Source of the DNA: Bacteroidota bacterium
Lineage (GTDB): Bacteria > Bacteroidota > Bacteroidia > NS11-12g > UBA955
Assembly (NCBI GenBank): GCA_947496065.1
Contig: CANMBF010000001.1
Location: 70,018 to 134,017, forward strand
DNA length: 64,000 nucleotides
Direction of reading: 5' to 3'
In this document: piece by piece, positions 41,016-50,995 of the stretch
Layout: the number at the start of each line of letters is the position of its first letter
Position numbering within the stretch: position 1 is the first letter of the stretch
The notes under the pieces: generated by a model
What the model saw: the letters and a program-made list of their open reading frames with translations, nothing else
Databases searched by the model: none
What the model was told of the DNA's origin: nothing
Program-made: the position numbers and the translations under genes

Positions 41016-41045
41016 AATAATTTTCTTTTCAACATAATGGGAGTT

Positions 41046-41145
41046 TTATGCTTTTATTCATTCTTCCATAAGTAACCATCGCTTAATATTGTCTTTGAGG
41101 CTAGTTCTCCGCAACTTTTACTCGTCGCTTAACCCTTACTCGCAT
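41046..41145. repeat. Copy B of ~95-bp imperfect direct repeat (partner at 36250..36348)
   Basis: ttatgcttttattcattctt...catcgcttaatattgtctttgaggctagttctccgcaacttttactcgtcgcttaaccc, immediately 3' of the IS982 remnant. Confidence 0.6.
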
Positions 41146-41260
41146 TATAATTATTTAGTCACCAAAGTCGTGAAGATTTAACATTTTATTTCTAAACACA
41201 GTGTTCATAATATTTATTAGCAGTCAATAAAAAATCGAGTAGGTTTGCTACTCAATATTA

Positions 41261-41788
41261 TTGATGATTGAAACATTGATTACTTCTAAGACGAGGGTAA
41301 AGTTACTGTTAAAATTTTTTTTAAACAGTGATACCAAATCGTATTTAAGAAACCTTGAATCAGAATTTGGTGAATCAACCAATGCCATCCGTTTAGAGCT
41401 TAATAAATTTGAAAAGGCGGGCATGCTGCAAAGCGAATTGGAGGGCAATAAAAAACTTTACAAAGCCAACACTAGTCATCCATTATACAAGGATATTAAC
41501 AACATCGTTTTCAAATATGTTGGTCTCGATTGGATTGTAGAGCATATCGTTTCGAAGCTTGGAAATTTAGAAAGCGTCTTTCTATCTGGAACATTTGCAA
41601 AGGGGCTAGATAGTAAGCAAATTGATCTTGTTATTATAGGAAAAGTTGATGAAGATTATTTAAAAGAATTATGCGAAAAAATTGGAAAGAAAATCAATCG
41701 CAAAATCGACTATACAATTGTTGAAAAATTGAGTATCAAAGACGGTATTTACTTACTACTTTGGTCGAGAGAAAATAAGAATAAATAA
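41261..41788 (+). CDS. Winged-HTH regulator fused to minimal nucleotidyltransferase (MNT)-like domain
   Basis: An N-terminal wHTH-like region. The C-terminus carries a G-x-F-A-K-G ... S-K-Q-I-D-L-V-I pattern resembling the GS...DxD minimal nucleotidyltransferase signature. Confidence 0.5.
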   Translation: MMIETLITSKTRVKLLLKFFLNSDTKSYLRNLESEFGESTNAIRLELNKFEKAGMLQSELEGNKKLYKANTSHPLYKDINNIVFKYVGLDWIVEHIVSKLGNLESVFLSGTFAKGLDSKQIDLVIIGKVDEDYLKELCEKIGKKINRKIDYTIVEKLSIKDGIYLLLWSRENKNK

Positions 41789-41918
41789 TCTGGCATTTAG
41801 TTTTCACAACTAAGCGGTTGGATTGTTTAAAATACACCTGATACCAATGGTTCAGGTAAATTGTTAGCCCACTTTCTTGGATCACAAATGTGACCGAGGA
41901 GGCAGCGCTTTAAATAAA

Positions 41919-42425
41919 ATGAAGGATCAAAATGTTTGGAATGTTGTTTACACGTCTTCTCGTCAAGAGAAAAAAGTAGCGCAACGCCTTTCTGATATGG
42001 GGGTCGAAAATTATTTACCAATTGTAAAAGTCATTAGTCAGTGGAGCGATAGAAAAAAGTTGATTGAAAAACCGCTTTTTAATGGGTATGTTTTTGTTAA
42101 ATATGTTAAAAATCCAGATGATATATTGAGAGTTACTGGTGTTGCTGGCTATTTAAAATACAACCGCACCAATGCCATTGTTCATCAACATGAAATAGAT
42201 ACCATCAAGTCGCTGATCAATTATGGCTATGATATGACAGCCATTGATCATTCTTCAACCCTCGAAATAGGAGAAAAAGTGATGATTACGGATGGTACTT
42301 TAAAGGGACAGATTGGTGAATTAGTAACAAAAAATGATACCAAGTGGTTTCTAATTTTCTTCGAGCATTTTGGAAATGGTGTACAGGTTAAAATACCATC
42401 TAAATTATTAAAATCAATTAAGTGA
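41919..42425 (+). CDS. upxY: UpxY-family (NusG-like) transcription antiterminator heading the polysaccharide locus
   Basis: An NGN-like domain (VWNVVYTSSRQEKKVAQRL...YLPIV) and a C-terminal KOW (ITDGTLKGQIGELV). It is the first gene of the glycan locus. The methionine at 41919 is the preferred start. Confidence 0.7.
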   Translation: MKDQNVWNVVYTSSRQEKKVAQRLSDMGVENYLPIVKVISQWSDRKKLIEKPLFNGYVFVKYVKNPDDILRVTGVAGYLKYNRTNAIVHQHEIDTIKSLINYGYDMTAIDHSSTLEIGEKVMITDGTLKGQIGELVTKNDTKWFLIFFEHFGNGVQVKIPSKLLKSIK

Positions 42426-43276
42426 AAGATACATTCGATTACGAAATAGGCGCAAAAAAAAGTCTGCTGAGTTTCAATTTCAAGGAACTTTGGCGATACC
42501 GCGATTTGATCTCCCTATTGGTGAAAAGAGATTATGTGGCGGTTTATAAACAAACGGTTTTAGGACCTGTATGGTTCTTTATACAACCATTAATTACCTC
42601 GATCATTTTTACTTTAATTTTTGGCAATATTGCTAACTTAGCACCTGAAGGCAAACCACCCTTTTTGTTCTTTTTATGCGGCCAAACTTTTTGGAATTAT
42701 TTTGCATCTTGTTTAACAGCCACCTCTAACACATTTGTTGCCAATGCAAGTGTTTTTGGAAAAGTGTATTTCCCGCGTTTAGCTGTTCCCATTTCAGTTG
42801 TAATTTCTAATTTGCTTAAATTCTCCCTTCAATTCATAATGCTTGTGATTGTTTGGATGTATTATTATTTCGATGGTACCTATAATATTCAAGTTAATCT
42901 TTCATTGTTCTTAATACCAATTTACTTAGTATTAATGGCGCTTATGGGCTTGGGAGCAGGGCTTATTATCTCTTCACTTACCACACGCTACAGAGACTTT
43001 ACATTTCTTGTAGGTTTTGGTGTACAATTATTGATGTGGGCAACACCAGTAGTCTATCATTTAGATACTTTAAAAACCAAAAGTCTTTTAGGCTATCAGT
43101 TTGTTAAGTTTAATCCGATGACTTCTATTATGGAGGCTTCAAAATTTGGTTTTGATTGTGGTGGAAGTTTTGATCCTGCTTTACTCACCTATAGTGCTGT
43201 ATTTGCAGGAGTACTGATGTTGTTTGGCATAGTGATATTTAACCGGGTTGAAAAAACATTTATGGATACAGTATAA
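42422..43276 (+). CDS. wzm: ABC-2 type polysaccharide export permease
   Basis: About 6 TM helices in an ABC-2 (TagG/KpsM/Wzm) arrangement, coupled to the downstream ATPase by a TAATG overlap. Confidence 0.85.
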   Translation: MKDTFDYEIGAKKSLLSFNFKELWRYRDLISLLVKRDYVAVYKQTVLGPVWFFIQPLITSIIFTLIFGNIANLAPEGKPPFLFFLCGQTFWNYFASCLTATSNTFVANASVFGKVYFPRLAVPISVVISNLLKFSLQFIMLVIVWMYYYFDGTYNIQVNLSLFLIPIYLVLMALMGLGAGLIISSLTTRYRDFTFLVGFGVQLLMWATPVVYHLDTLKTKSLLGYQFVKFNPMTSIMEASKFGFDCGGSFDPALLTYSAVFAGVLMLFGIVIFNRVEKTFMDTV

Positions 43277-44556
43277 TGAACAAAGATGTTGTAATTAAAG
43301 TTGAGAATTTAGGAAAGCAATACCGCTTAGGCGAGATTGGTTCGGGCACCTTTGCAGGTGAATTGGCGCGCTTTATAAAAAATATAAGAGGAAAACAAGC
43401 GGATGATTTAATAACCGATAATGATAGAACCCTACAAGCCAAAAAAGGTGATATTGTATGGGCTGCAAAGGATATAAATTTTGAAGTAAAACGCGGTGAA
43501 GTTTTAGGTATCATTGGAAAAAATGGAGCAGGAAAATCCACCTTGTTAAAAATGCTTTCACGTGTTACAGCGCCAAGTGTAGGAAGTATTAAAGTGAAGG
43601 GTAGAATTGCAAGTCTATTAGAAGTTGGTACCGGTTTTCATCCCGATTTAACGGGGCGCGAAAATATTTTTTTGAATGGCGCCATTTTGGGTATGACCAA
43701 AAATGAAATCCGATCTAAGTTCGACGAAATAGTAGATTTTAGTGGTGTTGCAAGATACATTGACACGCCTGTAAAACGGTACTCATCTGGCATGTATGTG
43801 CGTTTGGCTTTTGCTGTTGCTGCACATTTAGAACCTGAAATCTTAATTGTAGATGAAGTCTTAGCAGTAGGTGATGTAGAATTCCAGAGAAAATGTTTGG
43901 GTAAAATGAAAGACGTGAGTAGCGAGGGTCGCACGGTCATTTTTGTGAGTCATAACATGGGTGCTGTAAAGTCGCTTTGCCAATCGGGTATTGTTATGAA
44001 GAATGGCACCATGGATTTTGCAGGGAATATCAATGATTGTGTATCGCGCTATCTTAAAATTAATACAACCGAAAATGAAGGTGATGTTGTTATTGAGAAA
44101 AAGGGGACTGGCACAGGCGAGGCCCTTATTAAACGCATTCAGTTAATTAATGAAGATGGCAATACAGCAGAATCAGTATTGTATAAATCGCCCATTAAAA
44201 TGAGGGTTTATATTGACTCAAGTGTTACAATACCAAAAGCATCGCTCGATGTCAAAATAAGTGATAAAGATGGCAGTATATTGTTTCATGCGTTAAATAT
44301 ATACCATAACCAAGCTTTGCCTTTACAAGAAGGCGAAAATATTTTTGAAACAGAAATTGATAATCAATTATTGCCCGGTGGATTCTTAGCAAGTATTGGT
44401 GTACATAATGCAGCTACTTATTATACCATGGATTACCAAGAAAATATTATCGCTTTTGAGGTAATAAAAGCAGCAAAAAATGCAGCCGACAGCTATCCTT
44501 ATGAATGGGTGGTAGCACCTGCCATGGCTAAGAGTGATTGGAAAAAAATAAAGTAA
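43276..44556 (+). CDS. wzt: Polysaccharide ABC transporter ATP-binding protein with C-terminal glycan-binding extension
   Basis: Walker A GKNGAGKST, signature YSSGMYVRLAFA and Walker B ILIVDEVLAVGD, plus a ~170-aa C-terminal beta-rich domain as in Wzt. Confidence 0.85.
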   Translation: MNKDVVIKVENLGKQYRLGEIGSGTFAGELARFIKNIRGKQADDLITDNDRTLQAKKGDIVWAAKDINFEVKRGEVLGIIGKNGAGKSTLLKMLSRVTAPSVGSIKVKGRIASLLEVGTGFHPDLTGRENIFLNGAILGMTKNEIRSKFDEIVDFSGVARYIDTPVKRYSSGMYVRLAFAVAAHLEPEILIVDEVLAVGDVEFQRKCLGKMKDVSSEGRTVIFVSHNMGAVKSLCQSGIVMKNGTMDFAGNINDCVSRYLKINTTENEGDVVIEKKGTGTGEALIKRIQLINEDGNTAESVLYKSPIKMRVYIDSSVTIPKASLDVKISDKDGSILFHALNIYHNQALPLQEGENIFETEIDNQLLPGGFLASIGVHNAATYYTMDYQENIIAFEVIKAAKNAADSYPYEWVVAPAMAKSDWKKIK

Positions 44557-44557
44557 A

Positions 44558-45817
44558 TTGAAAATTGCCTGTTTATATAACATGAATAATATCATGGCCC
44601 AAACCTGCCGTTATTTGGCCGATGAGGGACATGATGTAACTTTGTATTTAATCAATGAATATGCACATTTTCATCCAACAGCAGATTCTTATCAACCTTT
44701 AAATTTCAATTTAAAGGAGTATCCATTAGAGAAAACAGAAATCGTAACCATGAGCCGAGCTACATTAAAAAATGAATTCGGACCATATGATTACTTAATG
44801 GGAATAGAATATGCGCCAGCGATTGCCATGCGCATTGGAAAACCATTGCATGTATTCTACTCGGCAGCTACAGATTTATCGCATTATCCTTTTTCGCAAT
44901 ATCAGTATGCAACTGGCGCAACATGGAAAACTGAAGAAAAATATTTGGCTGATTTGCAGTTTTACGGCATCAAATACGCCCACAATATTTCTATGAACAT
45001 GGCACCATTACCCATAGAGAATGCCTTAATAAAGATTGGTTTTAAAGGCCATCGATTTGCAGCTTTGCCCTATTTGTATCTGAAATTGTGGGAGAACAAA
45101 GCAGTATTAAAGGAATCAACTTTAAAAGCAGCGTTCGATGAGGTTAGAAGTCGCTATGATATCTTAATTTTTCATCATATACGCCATGAGTGGGGCGATG
45201 ATACGGATGAGGTTCACCAGAAGGGCAATCATAAATTGATACATGCTTTAAACCACCTAAAAGCGAATTCTGCCAACAAACGAGTGGGCTTGATTACTTT
45301 TGAATACGGCAATTCTGTAGGCAAAACAAAAGAATTAATTAAGGAACTTAATTTAGAGGAGAATGTGGTTTGGTTTCCGGTCAATAAAAGGCGCGACTAT
45401 ATGTATGGCATTTCGATTGTCGATGTATGTGTTGGTCAATTGCACCATAATATGATTACGTATACCTCTTTTGCAGAATACGTAGCTTTAAAAAAGCCTG
45501 TTATCCAATGGTACAAAGGCAGTGAAGAGGAAATGAAGAAACTTCCATTTTTTGCGGTGAGCTCTCAAGATGAATTAAATGAGAAGCTGTTATACCTAAG
45601 TACCCATTTGGATGAAAATACAGTTTTGGCTAAGGCAGCAGAATTTTTTAGATGGTTGGAGGCAGAAAATGTAGAAAAGCCATTGAATGCTATTAGAAAG
45701 GATTTAAAGTTAAAAGTGAATCACGCCTATTTAACTGCATTTGTTTTAGAATTGAGATATAAGTTGATGTTGTTAATTGATAAGATAATTTTCAAATTCA
45801 AATTAAATAAAGTGTAG
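44558..45817 (+). CDS. Hypothetical protein, divergent GT-B-like glycosyltransferase candidate
   Basis: 419 aa. The Rossmann-like N-terminus (MKIACLY...) is an assignment by architecture only. Confidence 0.4.
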   Translation: MKIACLYNMNNIMAQTCRYLADEGHDVTLYLINEYAHFHPTADSYQPLNFNLKEYPLEKTEIVTMSRATLKNEFGPYDYLMGIEYAPAIAMRIGKPLHVFYSAATDLSHYPFSQYQYATGATWKTEEKYLADLQFYGIKYAHNISMNMAPLPIENALIKIGFKGHRFAALPYLYLKLWENKAVLKESTLKAAFDEVRSRYDILIFHHIRHEWGDDTDEVHQKGNHKLIHALNHLKANSANKRVGLITFEYGNSVGKTKELIKELNLEENVVWFPVNKRRDYMYGISIVDVCVGQLHHNMITYTSFAEYVALKKPVIQWYKGSEEEMKKLPFFAVSSQDELNEKLLYLSTHLDENTVLAKAAEFFRWLEAENVEKPLNAIRKDLKLKVNHAYLTAFVLELRYKLMLLIDKIIFKFKLNKV

Positions 45818-45826
45818 TAATATCCA

Positions 45827-47400
45827 ATGAAACAATTGCTATTTAAATACCTGAAGATTGATCAAGTTATCCAAATACAGTTTGTGTTATCGCTCGTATT
45901 TGGACTTTTTATCACCGTTTTCCCATTTATTTTTCATCCTATCGATTGGGAAGATTATTCAATAACTTTCAATGGTACCTGGCTCATGTACAATGGTTAT
46001 GCGCCTTATACCGATTTTGGCATTCCAACAGGTATTGGCAGTTTTATTTTTCCTTATCTTTCCTTCCTCCTATTTGGTCCGAATTATAATTCCCTTTACA
46101 TCATGCAAGCCATAGAGCATGGTTTATTAATTTATGCATGTTATTTGTTTTTTGGCACCTTTATTAAATCGAATGTAAATAAAAAACTAGCATTTAGTAT
46201 TACGGTAATTATCTTATCACTCTTTGTAATATTTAATGTAAAAGCGCAGTTTTACAACAGTGAATTTTTGTTGTTTGAATTGTTTTCATTTGTGTTTGTA
46301 TTGCGTGCCATTCAAGCTGGCACTATAAAAGGCAGCATTATTAATAGTGGTTTGGTGGCATTATTTGTTTTTTTGACCTTGCAAGTAAAGCAGGATTATG
46401 GGGTTTTTAATTTCCTAATTATTGCGATTGTATTACTGTTATATACCATTAAAAATAAAAACTTTGTTCAGTTCATCACATTTGTTTTATGCTTTTGTTT
46501 TTTTGTTGGCATTTTTCTTTACATAGTAGATTGGAATCAATTCATCTATTGGTTTAATTTAGGTCAATCATCAGGATCAAAGACTGGATTAATTTCGAAA
46601 TTGAAATTATGTTTCGAAAAAAATGATGCCATTACACTTTTGGTTTTGATTGTAATTGCAGCCTTATTGTTTACAAGGCAAAGAACCAAGGAGAACGCAT
46701 TCTATATATTTCCACTGATTATTATCGTTGGTTTTGGGGTGCAGAATATACTAACACTCTCTACCAGTAATTTTCCATATTTAAATTATGCTGTTGCATT
46801 TTTAGTAGCTACCATATTAGTACAACTTTTCCACCTTTTAAAGTTTGATTTTAGGGCATTATTAACTGTAAATTTTGCATTGCTTATTTTTCTTTATCTT
46901 AACATAAATCAGGTTTATAAATCTATTTATTATTTTCATCCAAATGGTTTATTAGGAACAAAAGCAATGACAGAAAAGTCGAGATTTAAAGCGCTAGGAA
47001 TAAGCAGAAACTACAAGACCAATGGAGACGATTTTCAGTATTGTATAAATTTATTAGATTCTGTTTATAAAGTAAAGAAAGCGCCCTTGGTCATTGCAAA
47101 TTTTACATCCCTTCCAGTCGAAATGCAGGTTCCAAGCAAAAGGATAGTGGTCTTCCTTTATGGCCAGATAACAATGTATTATTGTTTAATAGAGAGAAAA
47201 AACGTTATTTAAATTTATTAGAAAAAAAGCAATTCGACTTAATTTTTATACTTGAGTTAGATTTTGCAGGATATAATTTTACAAATAAGGTATTTAAAGA
47301 AGAAGCATTTGAAAACTACAAAATAGCTAAACGGTTTGGATTAACATATTATAATGATAGTAGACAAATTGTAGTTTTAGAAAAAAAGACGCAAATATAG
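45827..47400 (+). pseudogene. Polytopic membrane protein (paralog family) interrupted by a -1 frameshift in an A6 tract at 47195..47200
   Basis: ORFs 45827..47212 and 47182..47400 are in adjacent frames. Adding one A to the A6 run gives a continuous ~524-aa protein. Its C-terminal domain (KKQFDLIFILELDF...ENYKIAKRFGL) resembles the C-termini of the 12017 and 59128 paralogs. Confidence 0.55.
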
Positions 47401-47401
47401 A

Positions 47402-48337
47402 ATGAAACAAAAGTGGATTAAAAAAGGTTTAGTTTTTGACCCAACTAAAAGTGGTTTAATTGAAAAAAATACGATAGGATTTTCAGCAGTTCCTTTTGTC
47501 TTAACCATTTTAAAAGAGGATGGAATCTACCGTGTTTTTTTTTCGGCAAGAGATGAACAAAACCGATCTCTTCCATTTTTCATTGATTATAATTTTGATG
47601 AAGAGAAAGTAATCAGAGAATCTGAACAATTATTACCTTTAGGCGAACTGGGTGCCTTTGATGATAGCGGTATCATGTTAACCTCTATAATTGAAAAGGA
47701 AGGTAAGCTTTATTTATTTTACATAGGTTGGAATTTAGGGGTGACTGTGCCTTTTAGAAACGCGATAGGATTGGCAATTAGTGAAGATGGTGGAAACACT
47801 TTTAAAAAGCAATTTAGAGGCCCTATAATAGACAGAAATTATTTAGAACCACATTTTGTAGCCTCGAATTGTGTGATTAATTACAAAGGAGGGTATATGA
47901 TGTATTATTTATCTTGTATTGGATGGGAAAAAATAGAGGGTAAAACCATGCACCGCTACCATATCAAATGGGCAACTTCGAATGACTTGATCCACTGGGA
48001 AAGAAATAACAATGTAGCCATCGATTTTGCTTACCCAAATGAGTATGCTATATCTGTACCACGCGTTTTAATAACAAATGAAGGATTTAGAATGTGGTAC
48101 TCCTACAGAGGAGGCCCCTATTCAGAAAAATACCGCATTGGGTATGCCGAATCGGAAGATGGCAAACTCTGGGTTAGGAAGGATGAATTAGTCGGGTTGG
48201 AAACTACTGAAAATGCTTGGGACAGCGACATGGTGTGTTATCCATGTGTATTCGAACACAATGGTCAATTACACATGCTATACAACGGTAACGATTACGG
48301 ACGAACAGGCATAGGGCTTGCAATTCTTGAGGTATAG
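47402..48337 (+). CDS. Five-bladed beta-propeller glycoside hydrolase/phosphorylase-like protein (GH43/GH130-like fold)
   Basis: 311 aa. Repeated hydrophobic-G-W/Y motifs suggest a beta-propeller. This is an inference from sequence pattern only. Confidence 0.45.
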   Translation: MKQKWIKKGLVFDPTKSGLIEKNTIGFSAVPFVLTILKEDGIYRVFFSARDEQNRSLPFFIDYNFDEEKVIRESEQLLPLGELGAFDDSGIMLTSIIEKEGKLYLFYIGWNLGVTVPFRNAIGLAISEDGGNTFKKQFRGPIIDRNYLEPHFVASNCVINYKGGYMMYYLSCIGWEKIEGKTMHRYHIKWATSNDLIHWERNNNVAIDFAYPNEYAISVPRVLITNEGFRMWYSYRGGPYSEKYRIGYAESEDGKLWVRKDELVGLETTENAWDSDMVCYPCVFEHNGQLHMLYNGNDYGRTGIGLAILEV

Positions 48338-48423
48338 CCAATTCGAAAGAAGAAAGAATTTGGTAAATTCTAAAATATTAAAATCGCGAAATTTAAAAAT
48401 AAATCAATCATAAAAATCAGACA

Positions 48424-49119
48424 ATGAAATCTTGTATCATTACACAATCGAACTATATTCCTTGGAAAGGGTATTTTGATAGCATCAACCAAGTAGATAT
48501 TTTTGTTATTTATGATGATATGCAATATACCAAGCGCGATTGGAGAAACAGAAATTATATCAAAACACCCCAAGGGCTTAAGTGGTTATCGATTCCAGTG
48601 GAAGTAAGTGGTAAGTTTCATCAAAAAATCAATGAAACCCTTATTTCCGATAAATCTTGGAACCGTTCGCATTGGGAAAGTATCAAACAGAACTATAAAG
48701 ACGCACCATGTTTTAAGGATAATAAGGATTGGCTTGAAAACTTATACATGACTTGCAATTTTGACAGGCTAACAGATGTCAATGAATTTTTTATAAAAGA
48801 AATTGGAACTTACCTTGGAATAATAACCGAATACAGGCGTTCAGAGGAATTTGAGCTGTGTGAGGATAGAACACAAAAAATGGTAGATATTTGTGTTGAA
48901 TTAGGCGCTACCCAATATTATACTGGTCCAAATGCTAAACAGTATATTGAAGAGGATAAATTCCTTCTCAATGGCGTTAAACTTAATTATTTCGATTACT
49001 CAGGCTATCAGGAATACGCTCAATTATATGATGGATTTGAGCATGGTGTTTCGATTATTGACATGATACTAAACTTAGGTAAGGAAACGACACAATATAT
49101 GAAATCATTTAAAAAATGA
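48424..49119 (+). CDS. WbqC-like family protein
   Basis: The conserved N-terminus MKSCIITQSNYIPWKGYFD...IYDDMQYTKRDWRNRNYIKT matches the WbqC family found in O-antigen clusters. Confidence 0.7.
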   Translation: MKSCIITQSNYIPWKGYFDSINQVDIFVIYDDMQYTKRDWRNRNYIKTPQGLKWLSIPVEVSGKFHQKINETLISDKSWNRSHWESIKQNYKDAPCFKDNKDWLENLYMTCNFDRLTDVNEFFIKEIGTYLGIITEYRRSEEFELCEDRTQKMVDICVELGATQYYTGPNAKQYIEEDKFLLNGVKLNYFDYSGYQEYAQLYDGFEHGVSIIDMILNLGKETTQYMKSFKK

Positions 49120-49784
49120 AAACCAAAAAATTAATAATTATAGGCAATACCAATAATGCCAAATTAGCGCATTATTATTTTAAAATTGACAGCGAATATG
49201 ATGTTGTTGGCTTTTCAGTTGATAAAGCCTATATCACTGAAGAAAGCTTCTGTGGTTTACCTGTTTTGCCGCTCGAAACACTAGCAGAAACTCATCCGAC
49301 ATCAGACTATGATGCATTCATTGGAATTGGCTATTCAAAGATGAATAAAATTAGGGAAGATAAATACAACCACTTGAAAGCTTTGGGTTATAAACTTCCA
49401 AATTATATTAGCACTAAATGTAGTTTCTTAACGGAGGAACCAATTGGGGATAATAATTTAATATTAGAAGACAATACCATTCAACCATTTGTATCAATTG
49501 GTTCAAATAATGTATTTTGGTCGGGCAATCACATTGGTCATGATGTTGTGATTGGCAATCATAATTTTATTTCCTCTCATGTGGTCATTTCTGGTTTTAC
49601 CAGCATCGGAAACAATGTGTTTTTGGGTGTGAATTCAACCTTTAGAGATGCCATAAAAATTGGGGATGCTACGCTAGTGGCAGCAGGCGCCATTATAATG
49701 AAGGACACCCAGGTTGGAGAAGTGCATTTACCAGCACGCTCAACCTTGTTTAGTAAAAAAAGCAATGAGATAGAGATATCATAA
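49116..49784 (+). CDS. NeuD/PglD-family sugar N-acyltransferase (left-handed beta-helix)
   Basis: N-terminal Rossmann-like KKLIIIGNTNNAKLAHYY and C-terminal hexapeptide repeats (IGNHNFISSHVVISGFTSIGNNVFLGVNS). Confidence 0.75.
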   Translation: MKTKKLIIIGNTNNAKLAHYYFKIDSEYDVVGFSVDKAYITEESFCGLPVLPLETLAETHPTSDYDAFIGIGYSKMNKIREDKYNHLKALGYKLPNYISTKCSFLTEEPIGDNNLILEDNTIQPFVSIGSNNVFWSGNHIGHDVVIGNHNFISSHVVISGFTSIGNNVFLGVNSTFRDAIKIGDATLVAAGAIIMKDTQVGEVHLPARSTLFSKKSNEIEIS

Positions 49785-49810
49785 GTAAGAAATAATTAAA
49801 AAACAGAAAA

Positions 49811-50959
49811 ATGATATATTTTAATAAGCCACACCTTACAGGTAAAGAGTATGAATATATTGCAGATGCGGTGAGTTCTAAAAAAATATCTGGCAATGGA
49901 AAATACACACAACTTTGCCAACAATATTTTCAAAATCGCTACCATTTCAACAAATGTTTACTAACCACCTCTTGTACAGATGCCTTAGAAATGGCCGCCA
50001 TCCTTATCAATCTTCAACCTGGCGATGAAGTGATAATGCCTTCCTACACTTTTGTAAGCACTGCAAATGCGTTTGTATTGCGTGGTGCAAAAATTGTATT
50101 TGCCGACTCTATGCAAGACAATCCAAACATGGATGCAGAAACAATAGAGGCGCTAATAACACCAAAAACAAAAGCAATCGTGCCGGTGCATTATGCAGGT
50201 ATTGCTTGCGACATGGATAAAATTATGGCTTTGGCTGCCAAACACAACCTGTTTGTAATCGAAGATGCGGCACAAGCCATCGATAGCTATTATACGGGTA
50301 ATGATGGTGTTAAGCGACCACTTGGGTCCATCGGAAACATGGCCGCTTTTTCTTTTCATGAAACAAAAAATATTATTTCAGGCGAAGGGGGTATGTTGGT
50401 GATAAATGATAAAAAGTTTGAAGCCAGAGCCGAAATTATTTGGGAGAAGGGTACCAATCGCTCCGCCTTTTTTAGAGGTGAGGTCGATAAATATGGTTGG
50501 GTGGATGTTGGAAGTTCTTTCCTTCCTTCCGAAATTATAGCAGCTTTTTTATACGCCCAATTAGAACATTTGGATGCCATACAGAATAAGCGTATTGAAC
50601 TTTGGAACCAATACATGACAGAATTAAAACCTTTGTCGGAAAGCGGATTGTTTACATTGCCTTTTGTTCCAAACTATGCATCTAACAATGCCCACATGTT
50701 TTATCTGATGTTTGAAAGCTTACAAAAAAGAACTTTAGCAATTGAGCATTTAAAAAAGAATGAAATTAATTCAGTTTTTCATTACCTGAGTTTGCACAGT
50801 AGTCCTTTTTATAAGGACAAGCACGATGGTAGAGATTTAAAATATTCAGATTTATATTCAGACGGGTTGCTCAGGTTGCCCATGTTTTACGACCTAGCGC
50901 CTAATGATATTAAAAAAATTGCTGAAGTATTTTCAACAATTGAAGTTGCGACTCCCTAA
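49811..50959 (+). CDS. DegT/DnrJ/EryC1/StrS-family PLP sugar aminotransferase (WecE/ArnB-like)
   Basis: FNKPHLTGKEYEYI N-terminus and an SFHETKNI lysine region, typical of sugar 4-aminotransferases. Confidence 0.85.
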   Translation: MIYFNKPHLTGKEYEYIADAVSSKKISGNGKYTQLCQQYFQNRYHFNKCLLTTSCTDALEMAAILINLQPGDEVIMPSYTFVSTANAFVLRGAKIVFADSMQDNPNMDAETIEALITPKTKAIVPVHYAGIACDMDKIMALAAKHNLFVIEDAAQAIDSYYTGNDGVKRPLGSIGNMAAFSFHETKNIISGEGGMLVINDKKFEARAEIIWEKGTNRSAFFRGEVDKYGWVDVGSSFLPSEIIAAFLYAQLEHLDAIQNKRIELWNQYMTELKPLSESGLFTLPFVPNYASNNAHMFYLMFESLQKRTLAIEHLKKNEINSVFHYLSLHSSPFYKDKHDGRDLKYSDLYSDGLLRLPMFYDLAPNDIKKIAEVFSTIEVATP

Positions 50960-50995
50960 CCATCGTTTTCTAATTTCCTTAATACTTAAATAATA

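Noticed and set aside
43330-43350. GGCACC-TTTGCA resembling a sigma-54 -24/-12 element
   Set aside because: The spacing between GG and GC is 7 nt rather than 10, and it lies inside the wzt coding sequence.
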